64,000 nt of DNA from Gekko japonicus (Eukaryota), in the NCBI RefSeq assembly GCF_001447785.1, contig NW_015176566.1:1-64000 (forward strand), read 5' to 3'. Shown here in pieces: positions 36,881 through 48,906 of this stretch; within the stretch, counting starts at the first letter, position 1, and each line of letters starts with the position of its first letter. A program made the position numbers and the translations under genes. A model generated the notes under the pieces. The model had not been told where the DNA came from. It ran no database searches and saw only the letters and a list, made by a program, of their open reading frames with translations.

Positions 36881-38394
36881 CGCTTTAATAAGTTACTTAC
36901 CTTTTAAAAAATTGAAAGACTGGGAATTTCACTGTTGTGCTTCCTTTCTGCCTCTCACATATGACTGGAGAATCAGGAATGCAAAGAAATGTGTTTGGAA
37001 GCAATGGTATCGCTTCAGGACATAAAAGCAGGTTATGTGGATCTGCAGCTGTGTCACTGAGAGCTGTGACTCAAGGTGTTGTTTCAGAGAATGTTGTGAA
37101 GCACATGATGGAGCTTCCTGCACCTCTACCAAAGTGACAGAATGGTGGGAAATATAATCCCTTCCACTTCCCATCTCAATTCTCACTGGGAGCTTTGGTT
37201 TCCACAGAGGACCGATACTCTAATAAGATCTCCCCTGACTCAGATAATTAGGTTGGAAAAACCTTTGTGAGGGAGGGGGAGCAGATATTCCTATGCGTAA
37301 CTTTTTAGTTGTGCAGATTCCATGTTGTAATTTTTTTCTGGCCAAAAAGGAGCAAGGAATTCCACAAATTGGGATGTCATGAAAGCATGCCTGGTTGAGG
37401 AGGTCCCTAATCACACACTGAGTCAGGTCCAACCAGTACGGTTGCCAAAAAGCAGGGCTGCCAGCCTTCAGGTGGGGCCTTGAGATCTTAAGATCACAGA
37501 GATCAGCTCCCTTCAGAATAGGGTTACTCTGGAGGATGAAATCTATGGCGTGATACTTTGTTTAGGTCCTTCCCCTCCCTAAATCCCACACTCACCAGGC
37601 TCTACCCCAAACCCAGAGTTAGCAACCCTACCAAAAAGCCACATGAAGTGTGGACTGTAATAAGGAGGAGAATGTGTCAGGACTGCGCAAAAAAAAAAAA
37701 GCTGGTTGGATCCAACCCATGATATCACTGGTTTAGTGGAGGTAAGTGAGTGTGCCATTGGGGGAAGTCCTGTAACTCAGTAGTAGAGCACCTCCTTTGT
37801 ATATGCAGAAGGCAACAAAGGCAAAGTGGTGCAATGGCCACCCTATGATTAGGAAGATCCAGTCCATATAAAGGCCCAATCAGTCAAGCATCTCATGGTG
37901 ATCTTGGGCCACTCACTATTTGGGCCACTCACCATGTTGTAATTTTTTTTTACTGGCCAAAAAGGAGCAAGGAGGTCCCTAATCAGTACGGTTGCCAAAA
38001 AGCTGGGCTGCCAGCCTCCAGGTGGGGCCTGGAGATCTTTATACCACAGAGATTAGTTCCCCTGCAGAATATGGTTACTCTGGAGGGTGGAATTTATGGT
38101 GTTATACTTTGATGAGCCCCCTCCCTAAATCCCACCCTCACCAGGCTCCAGTCCAAACCACTAGGAATTTCCCAACCCAGAGTTATCTGCCCTACCAAAA
38201 AGTTCATGCTGAGGATCATGGGACCTGTAAGGACAAAAGCCACAAGAGATGGAGGCTGTAGTAAGGACAAGAATGGGGCACAATTGAGCAAAAAAAGGTG
38301 GTTGGATCCAACCTGTGATAGTACTGGTTTAGTGGAGGGAAGTGAGTGCTCCATTGGAGGAGGTTCTGTAACTCAGCAGTAGACGACATCCTTT

Positions 38395-38853
38395 GGCTGA
38401 GTTCAGACTGGCAGTTTGGCCCGATATAGGCATGTTTCACAAACAGATTAAAGGGGCCAGTTCACACAGCCACAGCTGTCAGGCGTTCCCCAGCCATACT
38501 CAACCCATCCTATGACGATTCCCTACTGCATTAAAAAAGTACCAGATGAAAGCAGTAGCAAACCCTGGAGGGCGCGTTGATCCAGCTTCCCGGAATTGTG
38601 CACGCTAAAAGCCACCGCATTGCTGCATCTATGCACCTATCCACATAGGCACATTTTGCCGGAATGAAAAAAAGCCACTTACAGCCGTACCTCCACCAGG
38701 GGTGGGCCAACAGTGCAAATGCTCCCTCGCACCTGCTCCCCGGTATGCTCCCGCATCAATCGGTGCAGTGCAACTGGGAATCCCTGGCACAACATGGTCC
38801 AGGTCTTTTTGCCCCGCCTCCCTCTCACTTCATACTTCATACTGAACTCAGCC
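38395..38853. mobile_element. PIF/Harbinger-like MITE, same family as 22582-23067
   Basis: TIR ggctgagttcag / ctgaactcagcc; TSD TTT; empty sites at ~28700 and ~37796. Confidence 0.88.
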
Positions 38854-41800
38854 TTTGTGTATGCAGAAGGCAACAGAGGCAATGTGGTGCAATGGTATCC
38901 CTAAGATTAGGAAGATCCAGTTCAAATAAAGGTCCAATTAGTCTATTTTTTTTCAGCCTTCATTTCTCTATAATGGCTGTAACTGTAACCACAATTTTCT
39001 TTTCATTTCATCATCTGCTTTGACTATTTGGATCATCCAGTGTATTTGTTTGATGATCTACAGACCTAATGAAAAAACTCTTAGGGATATGGAGTGGTTA
39101 AATGATATTATTATATAAAGTAATTCAAATGGAACCATAGAATTGCAGAGTTGGCAGGGACGGTATATAGATTATCTAGTCCAATTTTCTGCTCAGTACA
39201 GGAAATCCAAATGAGTGTTCAAAAAAAAGAAAAAAGGCTGTCCAGCATCTCCTTGAAAGCCACTAGTGAAGGTGAGCCCCCCCCCCCAGTAGATGGTTCT
39301 ATTGTCTATCTTCTCTTACTATTAGGAAGGTTCTCAGAATGTTCAACAAAAATAGTTTACACATGCACCTTTTTTTTTATTTGCAAAAATTATATCCAGC
39401 CTTTCTGTACTCATCAGGACCACCAAGGCAGCTAACAGATTAAAAACAAACGTAATAAAAACACATCTTAAAAAACCATTCAAACCAAACAAAAGCACAT
39501 CATTAAAACAATTAAAACCAAAGCTAAAATATACATACAAAAACAACAATTAAAAGATAGGGCAGGAAGGATGAATCACTGATGCAGCATCAAATGAAAC
39601 AAAAAAAGTGTTTTCTACTGGCTAATAGATAGGTGCAATTTTTTCCTTACTTGAGGGAGAATCTTTCTTTAATGGAGAGAAGTCTTTGAATACTTTCCCC
39701 TTTTTTTGCTGTCAAGTCTCCCAATGCCCCTTGTAGCATCAGTCAAAAGGTGTTCTGTGAATGGTGGTAATGGAAAGTGCTGTCAAGTCATAGCTGACTT
39801 ATGGCAACCCCATAGGGTTTTTAAGGCAAGATACATTCAGAGACGATTTGCCATTGCCTCCTTCTTTGGTGGTCTGCCATCCAACTAAATGGGATTAAAA
39901 TGGGAGTCAAAATATCATAAATCGTTAAAATCACAGCATAAAAAAGAGGAAAAATTTGAAAACAAGGATAGCATAAAATAAAACTTGTGACAGTAGGAGA
40001 AAGTTTAAAAAATGTGGGTCAATAAGAATATCTGACACCAGAAAGACTCCATTAATTCCGTAATAGTAATAGCTGGTTAAGCAAGCTTCAGAAGGTTTTT
40101 GGTCATTGAGCCTTGATCAGTGAATGATGGTGAATTTTTCCCATACAATCATAGAGTTACATTAATAGGGCCACATTAATCTGCTACATGTTTGTAAGAT
40201 ACCTATATCTACAGATCTATTGAGAGAGGCATAGATAGATCCAACCAGCTTTCCCACTGGTGAAAGAAGAGGGGTCACATTTGATCTCCCCAAAGGGCTA
40301 TACTGTTTATAGGATCTGTGTGGGGACAAAAGCCATGTGGAATGGGGGCAATAGTATGGGGGGAAACTGGATGAGATTTTGTTAAACAACAACAAGAAAA
40401 TGCCTGGATCTAACCGATAAAGTTGTTTCCTGACTAACTCCATGCCTGCTTGCTGTATTTCTGTTCACAAAAATTGTGAATATTTTTATTATTATTCCAA
40501 TAAAACCATTCTAAGAAATAGTTTGCTTGTGACTGAGAAATTTTCTAACTTTTCTAATAATGAAGATATATTTCTGTATGTAGTTTACTGCACAGAACAC
40601 CTGCCTACTTTTAAACTTCATGAAGCCACAGCCTCCTCATAGATGTCCTTTCTTACTTTATCTTCAAAATCATTGTAGGATAGCAGTTAGAGTATCAGAC
40701 GAGAACCTGAGACAACCAGTGTTGGATCCTCACTCTGTCCATGAAAGCCATGACTTTGGGCCCATCACAATCTCTCAGGCTAACCCATCATATAATGTAT
40801 TATATTTTATTTAAGATATTTTATTTATGCACCACTTTTCTCCCCAATGGGAACCTAAAGTGACTTCCAACTTTCTGTCGTCCACTGTATCTTTATGTTG
40901 CACTTAGCTCAATGCCCAGTTCATGAAGGATGGGAACTGGACTTTTATTCTTCTAGAAAATTCTACAAATTAAAACATTATTCCTATTGGAATGTTTTAC
41001 TTACTGTAGTTAAAATACAATGACCACAAACTCAAAACTTGGAAAATTCTAAGTTCAAAGGGGAAGGGGATCATTTGATTCCCCCCCCCTTGTTTGCTCC
41101 CTTTTGCTACAAGATGATTAAACTTGATGAAGAATCTGTCCTTTTGATTAGCATCATTAGACATTAAGGCCTGCAAGAATATCATTGTTCCTCTGATGAC
41201 ATTTTATTTTTAAAAATGAAACAGATCTCTGTGAAAATGAAGGCCTTTTTTTTTTTTTTGCATTTCAGTTGCTACAGTTTCAGATGAAGAGAATCTTGCT
41301 TCTCCCAGTGGATGATAGTAGCTTCAACACAGCAAGAAAGATAAATTACCACCAAGGGAATTTATTTGCAGTTAGACTTTTTCACAGTAGTAGGTTCACA
41401 ATATGGCTTCTCTGCCATCTATGTATGCCTTTGCAGCCAGAGGAGTATCTATTGTGACCTCTTTGGAATCCGTAGTGGTCATTCAGGTCACTGTTTTTGT
41501 ATAAAGAATCTGGATTTTACTTGGATTCATTAAACACCTACTGAGTTCTGGATGACAAATAATTAAATAAATAAAGGAAGGCCCAAGTGTGTGATTAGCT
41601 TGTGAGAAATACAGAGTCTAATTATCCTGACTAGAAACAAGTTTCTTCCTGTGGGGTTATTGAAAGGGCATCTCTGATCAAGCAGTAATGAGGAATGATG
41701 CAAAAAAATAAATTAGATTTGCCAACATGCTTTGTTTACTGGAATATGTGATGCCTCATTAAAGACTTGTTTATCTAGAGCTTGATTAGTAAGTGTGTTG

Positions 41801-44169
41801 GAGGGATGAAGTCTCTTCTCATCATACTGTTAATCTTATTGCTTGTTAGTTCCAATGAACAGTTTACAAGAGTATGCATGGATCTTCTTGAAAAAAACTG
41901 TTTTAGTGGGTGTTTTGAAGTTCTTGAATAATGGTGATCAGCTGTGCCACATAATCTCAAAATCAGGCACAGAATATAGATAGGACTGGATCTGATCAGC
42001 TTTTCTGCTGATAAAAATGAAAAGATGTTCCCCTTTGTTCACCCTAAAAGGCTATGGCAGAGATCATGGGGATTGTCAGAGACAAAAGCCAGGAGAGACA
42101 GGGACTGTAGAGAACTGAGCAAGATAGAGCAAACAAGCTGTGTGGACCCAACCCATGAACGAAACATAAACACATGTAAATCCCTATGAACACAGATTAA
42201 ACCAATGCAAATCCAATTGATTTTGATGGGAGAGAGTTCGGCATGTGTGTAACTCTTTCAATGAAATCAATGGCATTTCAAATGAGAATCTCTACTCTGC
42301 ACCCTAAAACATTTGAAAGGTGAAAGTAGAAACACTACTATGTTTGAGGGAATCCAGAGATGGGTTGTGGGGTTGGAGTAGCCCAGACGTCTGTGCTCAG
42401 GACTGTTGCAAGCCCAATGGGTCAACCAGATCAAGTTTTGCACACATAAAAATAATCCAACATAATTAATCTAGAACCAGAGAAACAAATTTAGATGAGA
42501 TGTGGAAAAGCACTGCCACAAATGCTCATCAAAAAGTAGGGGTACTTAATTTTAACATGCCAACTGTTAACTCCTTATCGTGTAAACACAATAATGAATA
42601 AAGTATGGTCAGGGACATATATTCTAACTTTCTCCTAATTGGATATCTCAGAAGAATGAACCTGGAACCTTCTCTGTGCACAAGATTCACTCTATAACTC
42701 AAACACAGGGTCACCAACTACCAAGTGGGGGCAGGAGATATATCAGAATTATAGCTATGGAGAAAATGTCTGCTTCGGTGGATGGACTGTATAGCATTAT
42801 ACCCTGCTGACACTCCTCCCCTCCTCAAACCCCACAGTCATCAGGATCTACCCACAAATTCTCCAGCAATTTCTTAACCTGGAGTTTGCAACTCTAGAGA
42901 CACAAGACATCCAGGGCTACTGAGGGGGGTGGGGGCACAAATTCTCAGGGCCCAAGCCAACTGGAGGGCCCCTGAAGCCAGTATCATGCTGCAATCCTGT
43001 AATTAATTATTTTTTACACTTAATGCAGTTCTCAAGTTCTTTGCTACAGCCACTAGGGCTGCAAGGAAGGCATAGCACAGTAAACAAGAGTTACTCTGAC
43101 TTATTATGAGGCTGAGGGAAACCCTTGCTTCTGAGATCCTGCTAAACCCATCAGCCAAACCTGCACTGGTGCAAGGCAAGTCCAGCCAGCACAATTTACA
43201 GTCATTGCCAAGATGCAGCCTCCTAACAAGGTCATTTTCAGAAACAGTCTATGGTTTCCATCTTCCTTTAGTTCCATCCAGGTCCATAGTACTATGTGCA
43301 ATGGAAGCTAAGGTTGTCAATAACAGACATTACTCACCTGAAAAGAAAGCTAGTAGCCTCTGAACTGGCCACAAGCTTCAGAATGATAGTGGGAGATGCA
43401 ACATCAAACATGGAAGGGAATTAAAACATCGTTCCAGAGGTCATTATGACAAACTACTCTTCCCCTTGCTATTGGTCATGAGAAGCCCAGGAAAGTACAG
43501 GCTGCACAGATAAGGAGGTGGAAAAATTCTTCTCTCTGAAAAAATAAAAGGGGTTTAACAACTCTCCTGACCTATCAGAGTCTCTGTCATTTAGTGGTTA
43601 AAATGCTGGACTAGGATCAAACAGATCCTGGGTTGAATCCCCATTCTGCCCCCAGGAGGTTACTGAAAGATTTGGGGGCAGTCACACACTCTCAGCCAGA
43701 CCTTCCTGATAAATTGATAAATTGTTGTGAGGATGAACTGGAGGACAAGAGAATGATGTAAGCTGTGTTGGGTTTCCATTTGGGAGAAAGGTGGAGTATG
43801 ATATTTGTTATACATCTGAGTTTATCTAGAGCTTGCCAACAAAAACGTTATTGTTCCTTATGTGGCTTCATAGCATGAGGCAGAACAGCTCATTCAGTAT
43901 TCAAACTACTCTTCAAACTACTCTTAAGTATCATGATCAGCACAGTGAACTACAGTAGTGGCAAGCTAAGCAAGCAGATACAGAGCCCCTAGTTTCTAAT
44001 AACAGAATTAGCTATGGACACAATAGGATAGAACTTCTTATGGTATGTATTTTCAGATTATTTTTTACCTTTAAGGGACTATTTCTTCAATTGAGATGAG
44101 GTGTTGCCATGCAAGCCTATCAATGTGTTTTTTATGAAATATGAACTATGCAAAGGGACCTGAGAATAC

Positions 44170-45160
44170 CTGTTGAGACTGCACACCTGAAAGAGGGACA
44201 CCTTCCTTTAGTGTTGCTGCCATAGTGTTAGTCCAGAGTCATCAGACATCTCACCTGCTGTGAGATGAAGCAGTTCCATAAGCCTGTACACAGCCTCAGA
44301 TGCCATGCCATGGAAAGGCACAAAGACAGAGAACTTCAAACTCCATTAGGAGTTTCTTCAAGCACATGTAGGCAACCCCCCCCTCTTCCAAACCTGCTAA
44401 GCTGCATGGAGCTCTGTGACTCCAATAATAGTTGCTTAGCAACTAATTGCTCAGCCATCAGCCAGCCAGCTAGGACCATCAAGAGACAATAGCCCTAGCC
44501 TGATGATTCAATCATCCTTCATCCAGGTCCTCAGTCTAAGTTTCTAGCTCTCAATATTGCCCACTCCTTAGTCCCCCTCACCTCTTCCAGCCAGCCAATA
44601 GTATGTTTTATGGGATGGACTAATAGTAGGTGTTACAGGGGGATGTGGCCAGCCTAGGCCCCCCACACCACGTTATAAAAGATGCTGCCCGACCACATGG
44701 TCTCTCTCTTACCCTCTCCACGACCCCTATCGAAGCTTTAACCCTCTTATGTCCAGCTTACTATCCATATACCCTACCTCCATCTTTAAACTCTAGATCT
44801 GCAGCTAGAGTCCACGTGTTCTGCCGGTTCAGAGCACGTGTCCCCCATTTTTTATTTCTAAACCCCTCCATTCTTCCATTGAAATGGCTCAATCAATGAG
44901 GACAGGTAAATATTGCCCAGCCAACGAATGTCCTGCTAATGCAACTGTGTTAAAGACCTATCTTTATTTCTGAGAATAAGCATAATTGTGTGTGTGTTTG
45001 TGTATTGTTTGAATGATACATATCCTTCAGTAAAAAGACATTATATTTTACTGAATACAGTCTCTGTGTCTGTTCTGGTACGTACAGCAAGGGTGGGACC
45101 TCTGTGTACGTTGGTGTGAATCCTAATTTGCCTATTGCCAATTAATAATCATAACCTTCC
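44170..45160 (+). mobile_element. Possible ERV solo LTR (boundaries uncertain)
   Basis: TGTTG start, TATAAAA at ~44675, poly(A)-like signals and a GT-rich 3' part. No TSD confirmed. Confidence 0.35.
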
Positions 45161-45938
45161 CTAGACTAATTAAGAATTCAAGGCAATTTGGCTAACATAG
45201 GTAACTGTAGATTTTTTGACAATTAAGTGTTGTATTGGTTAGAGACTAGAGTGTTAAACCAGAATTTTAGAGACCCAGATTCAAATCCCTGCTCAGCTAT
45301 GGTGCTAACTGGGCCAGTTGTAGTCTCTCAGTGCAAACTACTTTACAGGGTTGTTGTGAGAATAATATTGTGAGAATAAAATGGAATAAGGGATGCCAAT
45401 AGGGTTGCCAGGCCCAGCCTGCCAACTGGCAGGAGGGTTGGGGGTGCAAGACATTGGCTGTGTCATTACATCACTTTCAGGGAAAACCTAGAAGTGATGT
45501 TGTGTAGTTCTAGGAATCCCTGGAAACTCTATGGCTTTACCATAGAATTTCTGATGATTCCTAGAGCTAACCCATAAGTGATGTAGGATTCCTGCATCAC
45601 GGATCCAATTTTGAATCCAGGTTAAATAAATGAGAAGAATTAACGCAGCCAATGTCATTGTGTGCCCCACCACCATCAAGAGCAGTGGTGAGCAAAGCAG
45701 CTTGCCAGCAATATTCCTGGCTTCCACTATAGCATGAGGTCTGGAAGCCCCTGATGCTAATGTATGCTGCTCCGAGCTTCTGAGAGGAACCATCTGCAAT
45801 AATGAAAAGCTGTAGTGGATTGCAGATGCAGTGCAACCATCAATACAAATTGTGTAAAAAAGAAAATAAATAATGGAGACTTTAATTTCAGCAACAATAC
45901 TGTGTGCCTGGAGACAATATAGAAGATGATCTTAGAAG

Positions 45939-46356
45939 CAGGGCTATTTTTGGGCAGGAACACACAGGAACGGAGTTCCGGCTGGCTTCAGAGCTGGCCA
46001 TGCTCACTACAGCCAAAACCTCTGTGTGTGTGGCTACAGAGGGAAGGTCTGGAGAGCGACCCCCCCCTGGTGACTCCGAGGCAAGTGGGCCGGGGGGGGG
46101 GCCTGGAAGGTTTGGGGAGGCACTTAAATGCCTCCCCATGCCTTCCCCCGCCTGCCCNNNNNNNNNNNNNNNNNNNNNNNNNNNNNNNNNNNNNNNNNNN
46201 NNNNNNNNNNNNNNNNNNNNNNNGGGGTGTGGCCTAATATGCCAATGAGCTGCATTGTCATGGGTGTGGCCTAATATGCTAATGAATTTCTGCTATTGGG
46301 TGTGGCCTATTATGCTAATGCATTACTGCTAGGCTTTTTCTACAAGAAAAGACCTG
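45939..46356. mobile_element. hAT MITE related to 15075-15812 (spans an N gap)
   Basis: TIR cagggctatttt / agaaaagacctg; perfect 8-bp TSD cttagaag; repeated ggtgtggcctaatatgctaatg. Confidence 0.9.
46158..46223. other. Assembly gap
   Basis: N run. Confidence 1.
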
Positions 46357-47348
46357 CTTAGAAGGATCTGTAATGCACAAACATCTGATTTGCACACTCT
46401 TCCCCTCTTCTTACGGGTGAAGAATGGAAAAAAAATTGGATATGTTTGTGTACCCTCCTCTCTCTAGTCTTGTCCCATGTGGCCTTTGTCCATTTGGGTA
46501 CAACAATCCCTAGTATGGCATTTGGGGTGGTCAAAAGGAAGCAATCCTCACTCTTTTTGCAGTGGAAGTGCTGGAAGGATCCAACCTTTCATCCTCAAAT
46601 CTTCAATTAGATAGGGACCAATTCTTTATTAGTCAAGTTCACAGGGGTTTAGCATGGTGATCAAAAATTGTGGAATAGTTTCCATTACTTTAGTAAGTAC
46701 TGTTTGTAGAGGTGGACAAGTTAATAAGGCTGCCAAAAAGAGGTTCTATGTTTCCTAACTTTAAACTCCAGTGTCTGATCCTTTGGAGATCAGGTTCCCC
46801 AGAGTTTGAATATGCTAATGAAACAGCTTTGACTCATAAAGTGCTTATATGCTGGGGAAAATCTTCACATGTAAACAAGATGATACAATTTAACTTCTGG
46901 TCAGTGGTTGAGAATATGTCAAACATCCATGTTATATTTTTCTTTCTAACCTCCTTGGCTATCCTATTTTTCACTTTCCCTTCTTCCTGCTTGGCGATAA
47001 TCCATGATACATATCTTCCTACATTGTTCCAGAAAGGATTAAAAGCCTACCTCCTACCGAAACAGGCTTAGAATAAAAATTATTTTCAAGATGAGAGGTT
47101 TCCATTAATGTAAGTATGGTGATGCCATTTCACCACTACCTGATTTAATGTAACAGATGCTGATTTAATGATACCCAATTTTTAAATGTCCAGAAAATGC
47201 AAAATATTTCAAAACATTGACTGTTTTAGTTACAAGATTATGTTAATGGTTATATTACATTTATATGATCTAATGATTTTTTTATACTAACAGGGATAAG
47301 CTTTAAAATTTTCTTTAAATATAAGTTTTTTTAAGCTGGTGTCTGTGA

Positions 47349-47636
47349 NNNNNNNNNNNNNNNNNNNNNNNNNNNNNNNNNNNNNNNNNNNNNNNNNNNN
47401 NNNNNNNNNNNNNNNNNNNNNNNNNNNNNNNNNNNNNNNNNNNNNNNNNNNNNNNNNNNNNNNNNNNNNNNNNNNNNNNNNNNNNNNNNNNNNNNNNNNN
47501 NNNNNNNNNNNNNNNNNNNNNNNNNNNNNNNNNNNNNNNNNNNNNNNNNNNNNNNNNNNNNNNNNNNNNNNNNNNNNNNNNNNNNNNNNNNNNNNNNNNN
47601 NNNNNNNNNNNNNNNNNNNNNNNNNNNNNNNNNNNN
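47349..47636. other. Assembly gap
   Basis: N run. Confidence 1.
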
Positions 47637-47896
47637 TACAAAGTTCCTTTTCCTCTGGCTACTATTGCTTGAAAACATAATAATCTTTATTTTATGTTGT
47701 AAAATACATAATGCATAGGACTAGCTTTCCCGAATATTTTATTGGAAATCTTTGCTCAATTGGAGACTTTTAGATTAGTCTGTCAAACTATTCCTACTGA
47801 AAAATCATATAAAATACTCAGAATGTATTCACTAGGGCCAACAACTATCATTTAAAATTTCTTTTTCTCCTTTCCAGGTAAAGAACCAATTGGAAG

Positions 47897-48826
47897 ATGG
47901 ATCTTTCAAACCATACGAGAGTGAATGAATTCATTATCACAGGGTTCCCCACCCTGCAAAAGATAAGAGTACCGTTATTTGTTCTGGTCTCAATAATGTA
48001 CACACTATCGCTAATAGGGAATATGGTCATAGTCTTTATCACCAGATATGAACCCTCTCTCCATACACCCATGTACTACTTTCTGGGCAACTTTTCCTTT
48101 CTGGAGATCTGTTTTACCTCAGTCACAGTCCCAACAATGCTGGTTGACCTCATGAGGGAAAAGAATATTGTATCCTTCAACAATTGTCTTGCCCAGATAT
48201 ATTTTTTCCACGGTCTTGGCGGTGTTGAATGCCTACTTTTAGCTGCTATGGCATATGATAGGTATGTGGCTATACGATCCCCTCTGAGGTATAACACCAT
48301 TATGAGTAGTACTGTTTATATTCAACTTACTGCCTGGTGCTGGATCATTGGTTTGGTCCTGCCATTAATACCAGTGATTCTTATCTCTCGGCTCAACTAC
48401 TGTGGCAGCAATGTGGTGGATCACTTCTTTTGCGACATCTTGCCTTTGTTGAGGCTGGTCTGCAATAGGACCCAATTGAACGAGATGCTGAGTTTCTTCA
48501 TCTGCTCATTTATCCTTGTTGGCTCTTTCACAATAACTATAGTTTCTTATGTTGCCATCATTATCACTGTTCTGCGCATCCCATCTCCAGCTGGACGCAA
48601 AAAGGCCTTCTCCACTTTTGCCTCTCACTTGACAGTGGTTGGTATTTTCTATGGAACAATGATGTTCATATATGTCAGGCCCACCCGAAACCTTTCCTTC
48701 AATATGGACCAGTTAGTGGCTGTGTTCTACTGCTTGGTTACGCCAGTCTTAAATCCTATTATATACAGCCTCAGGAACAAGGACGTGAAAACAGCCCTTA
48801 AGAAAGTTCTCTTTGCAAAGAGGTGA
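47897..48826 (+). CDS. Olfactory receptor, class II (family 6/11-like), intact ORF (309 aa) with two motif Cys substitutions
   Basis: SNHT, LHTPMYYFLGNFSFLEIC, MAYDRYVAIRSPLRY, HFFCD, KAFSTFASHL, PVLNPIIYSLRNKDV; acceptor tctcctttccAG upstream. Confidence 0.93.
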   Translation: MDLSNHTRVNEFIITGFPTLQKIRVPLFVLVSIMYTLSLIGNMVIVFITRYEPSLHTPMYYFLGNFSFLEICFTSVTVPTMLVDLMREKNIVSFNNCLAQIYFFHGLGGVECLLLAAMAYDRYVAIRSPLRYNTIMSSTVYIQLTAWCWIIGLVLPLIPVILISRLNYCGSNVVDHFFCDILPLLRLVCNRTQLNEMLSFFICSFILVGSFTITIVSYVAIIITVLRIPSPAGRKKAFSTFASHLTVVGIFYGTMMFIYVRPTRNLSFNMDQLVAVFYCLVTPVLNPIIYSLRNKDVKTALKKVLFAKR

Positions 48827-48836
48827 ACTTCAATGA

Positions 48837-48906
48837 GAGATAAGTATTTCATGGAGGCTGAAATAAACCAGGAGATAAGTATTTCATGGAGGCTGAAATA
48901 AACCAG
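48837..48906 (+). repeat. 35-bp tandem duplication containing AATAAA in the OR 3'UTR
   Basis: gagataagtatttcatggaggctgaaataaaccag occurs twice. Confidence 0.95.

Larger units (their letters stand above)
35300..41540 (+). repeat. Segmental duplication unit B (5' flank of OR 33752-34735)
   Basis: Paralogous to 27185-33540 with different TE insertions. Confidence 0.92.
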
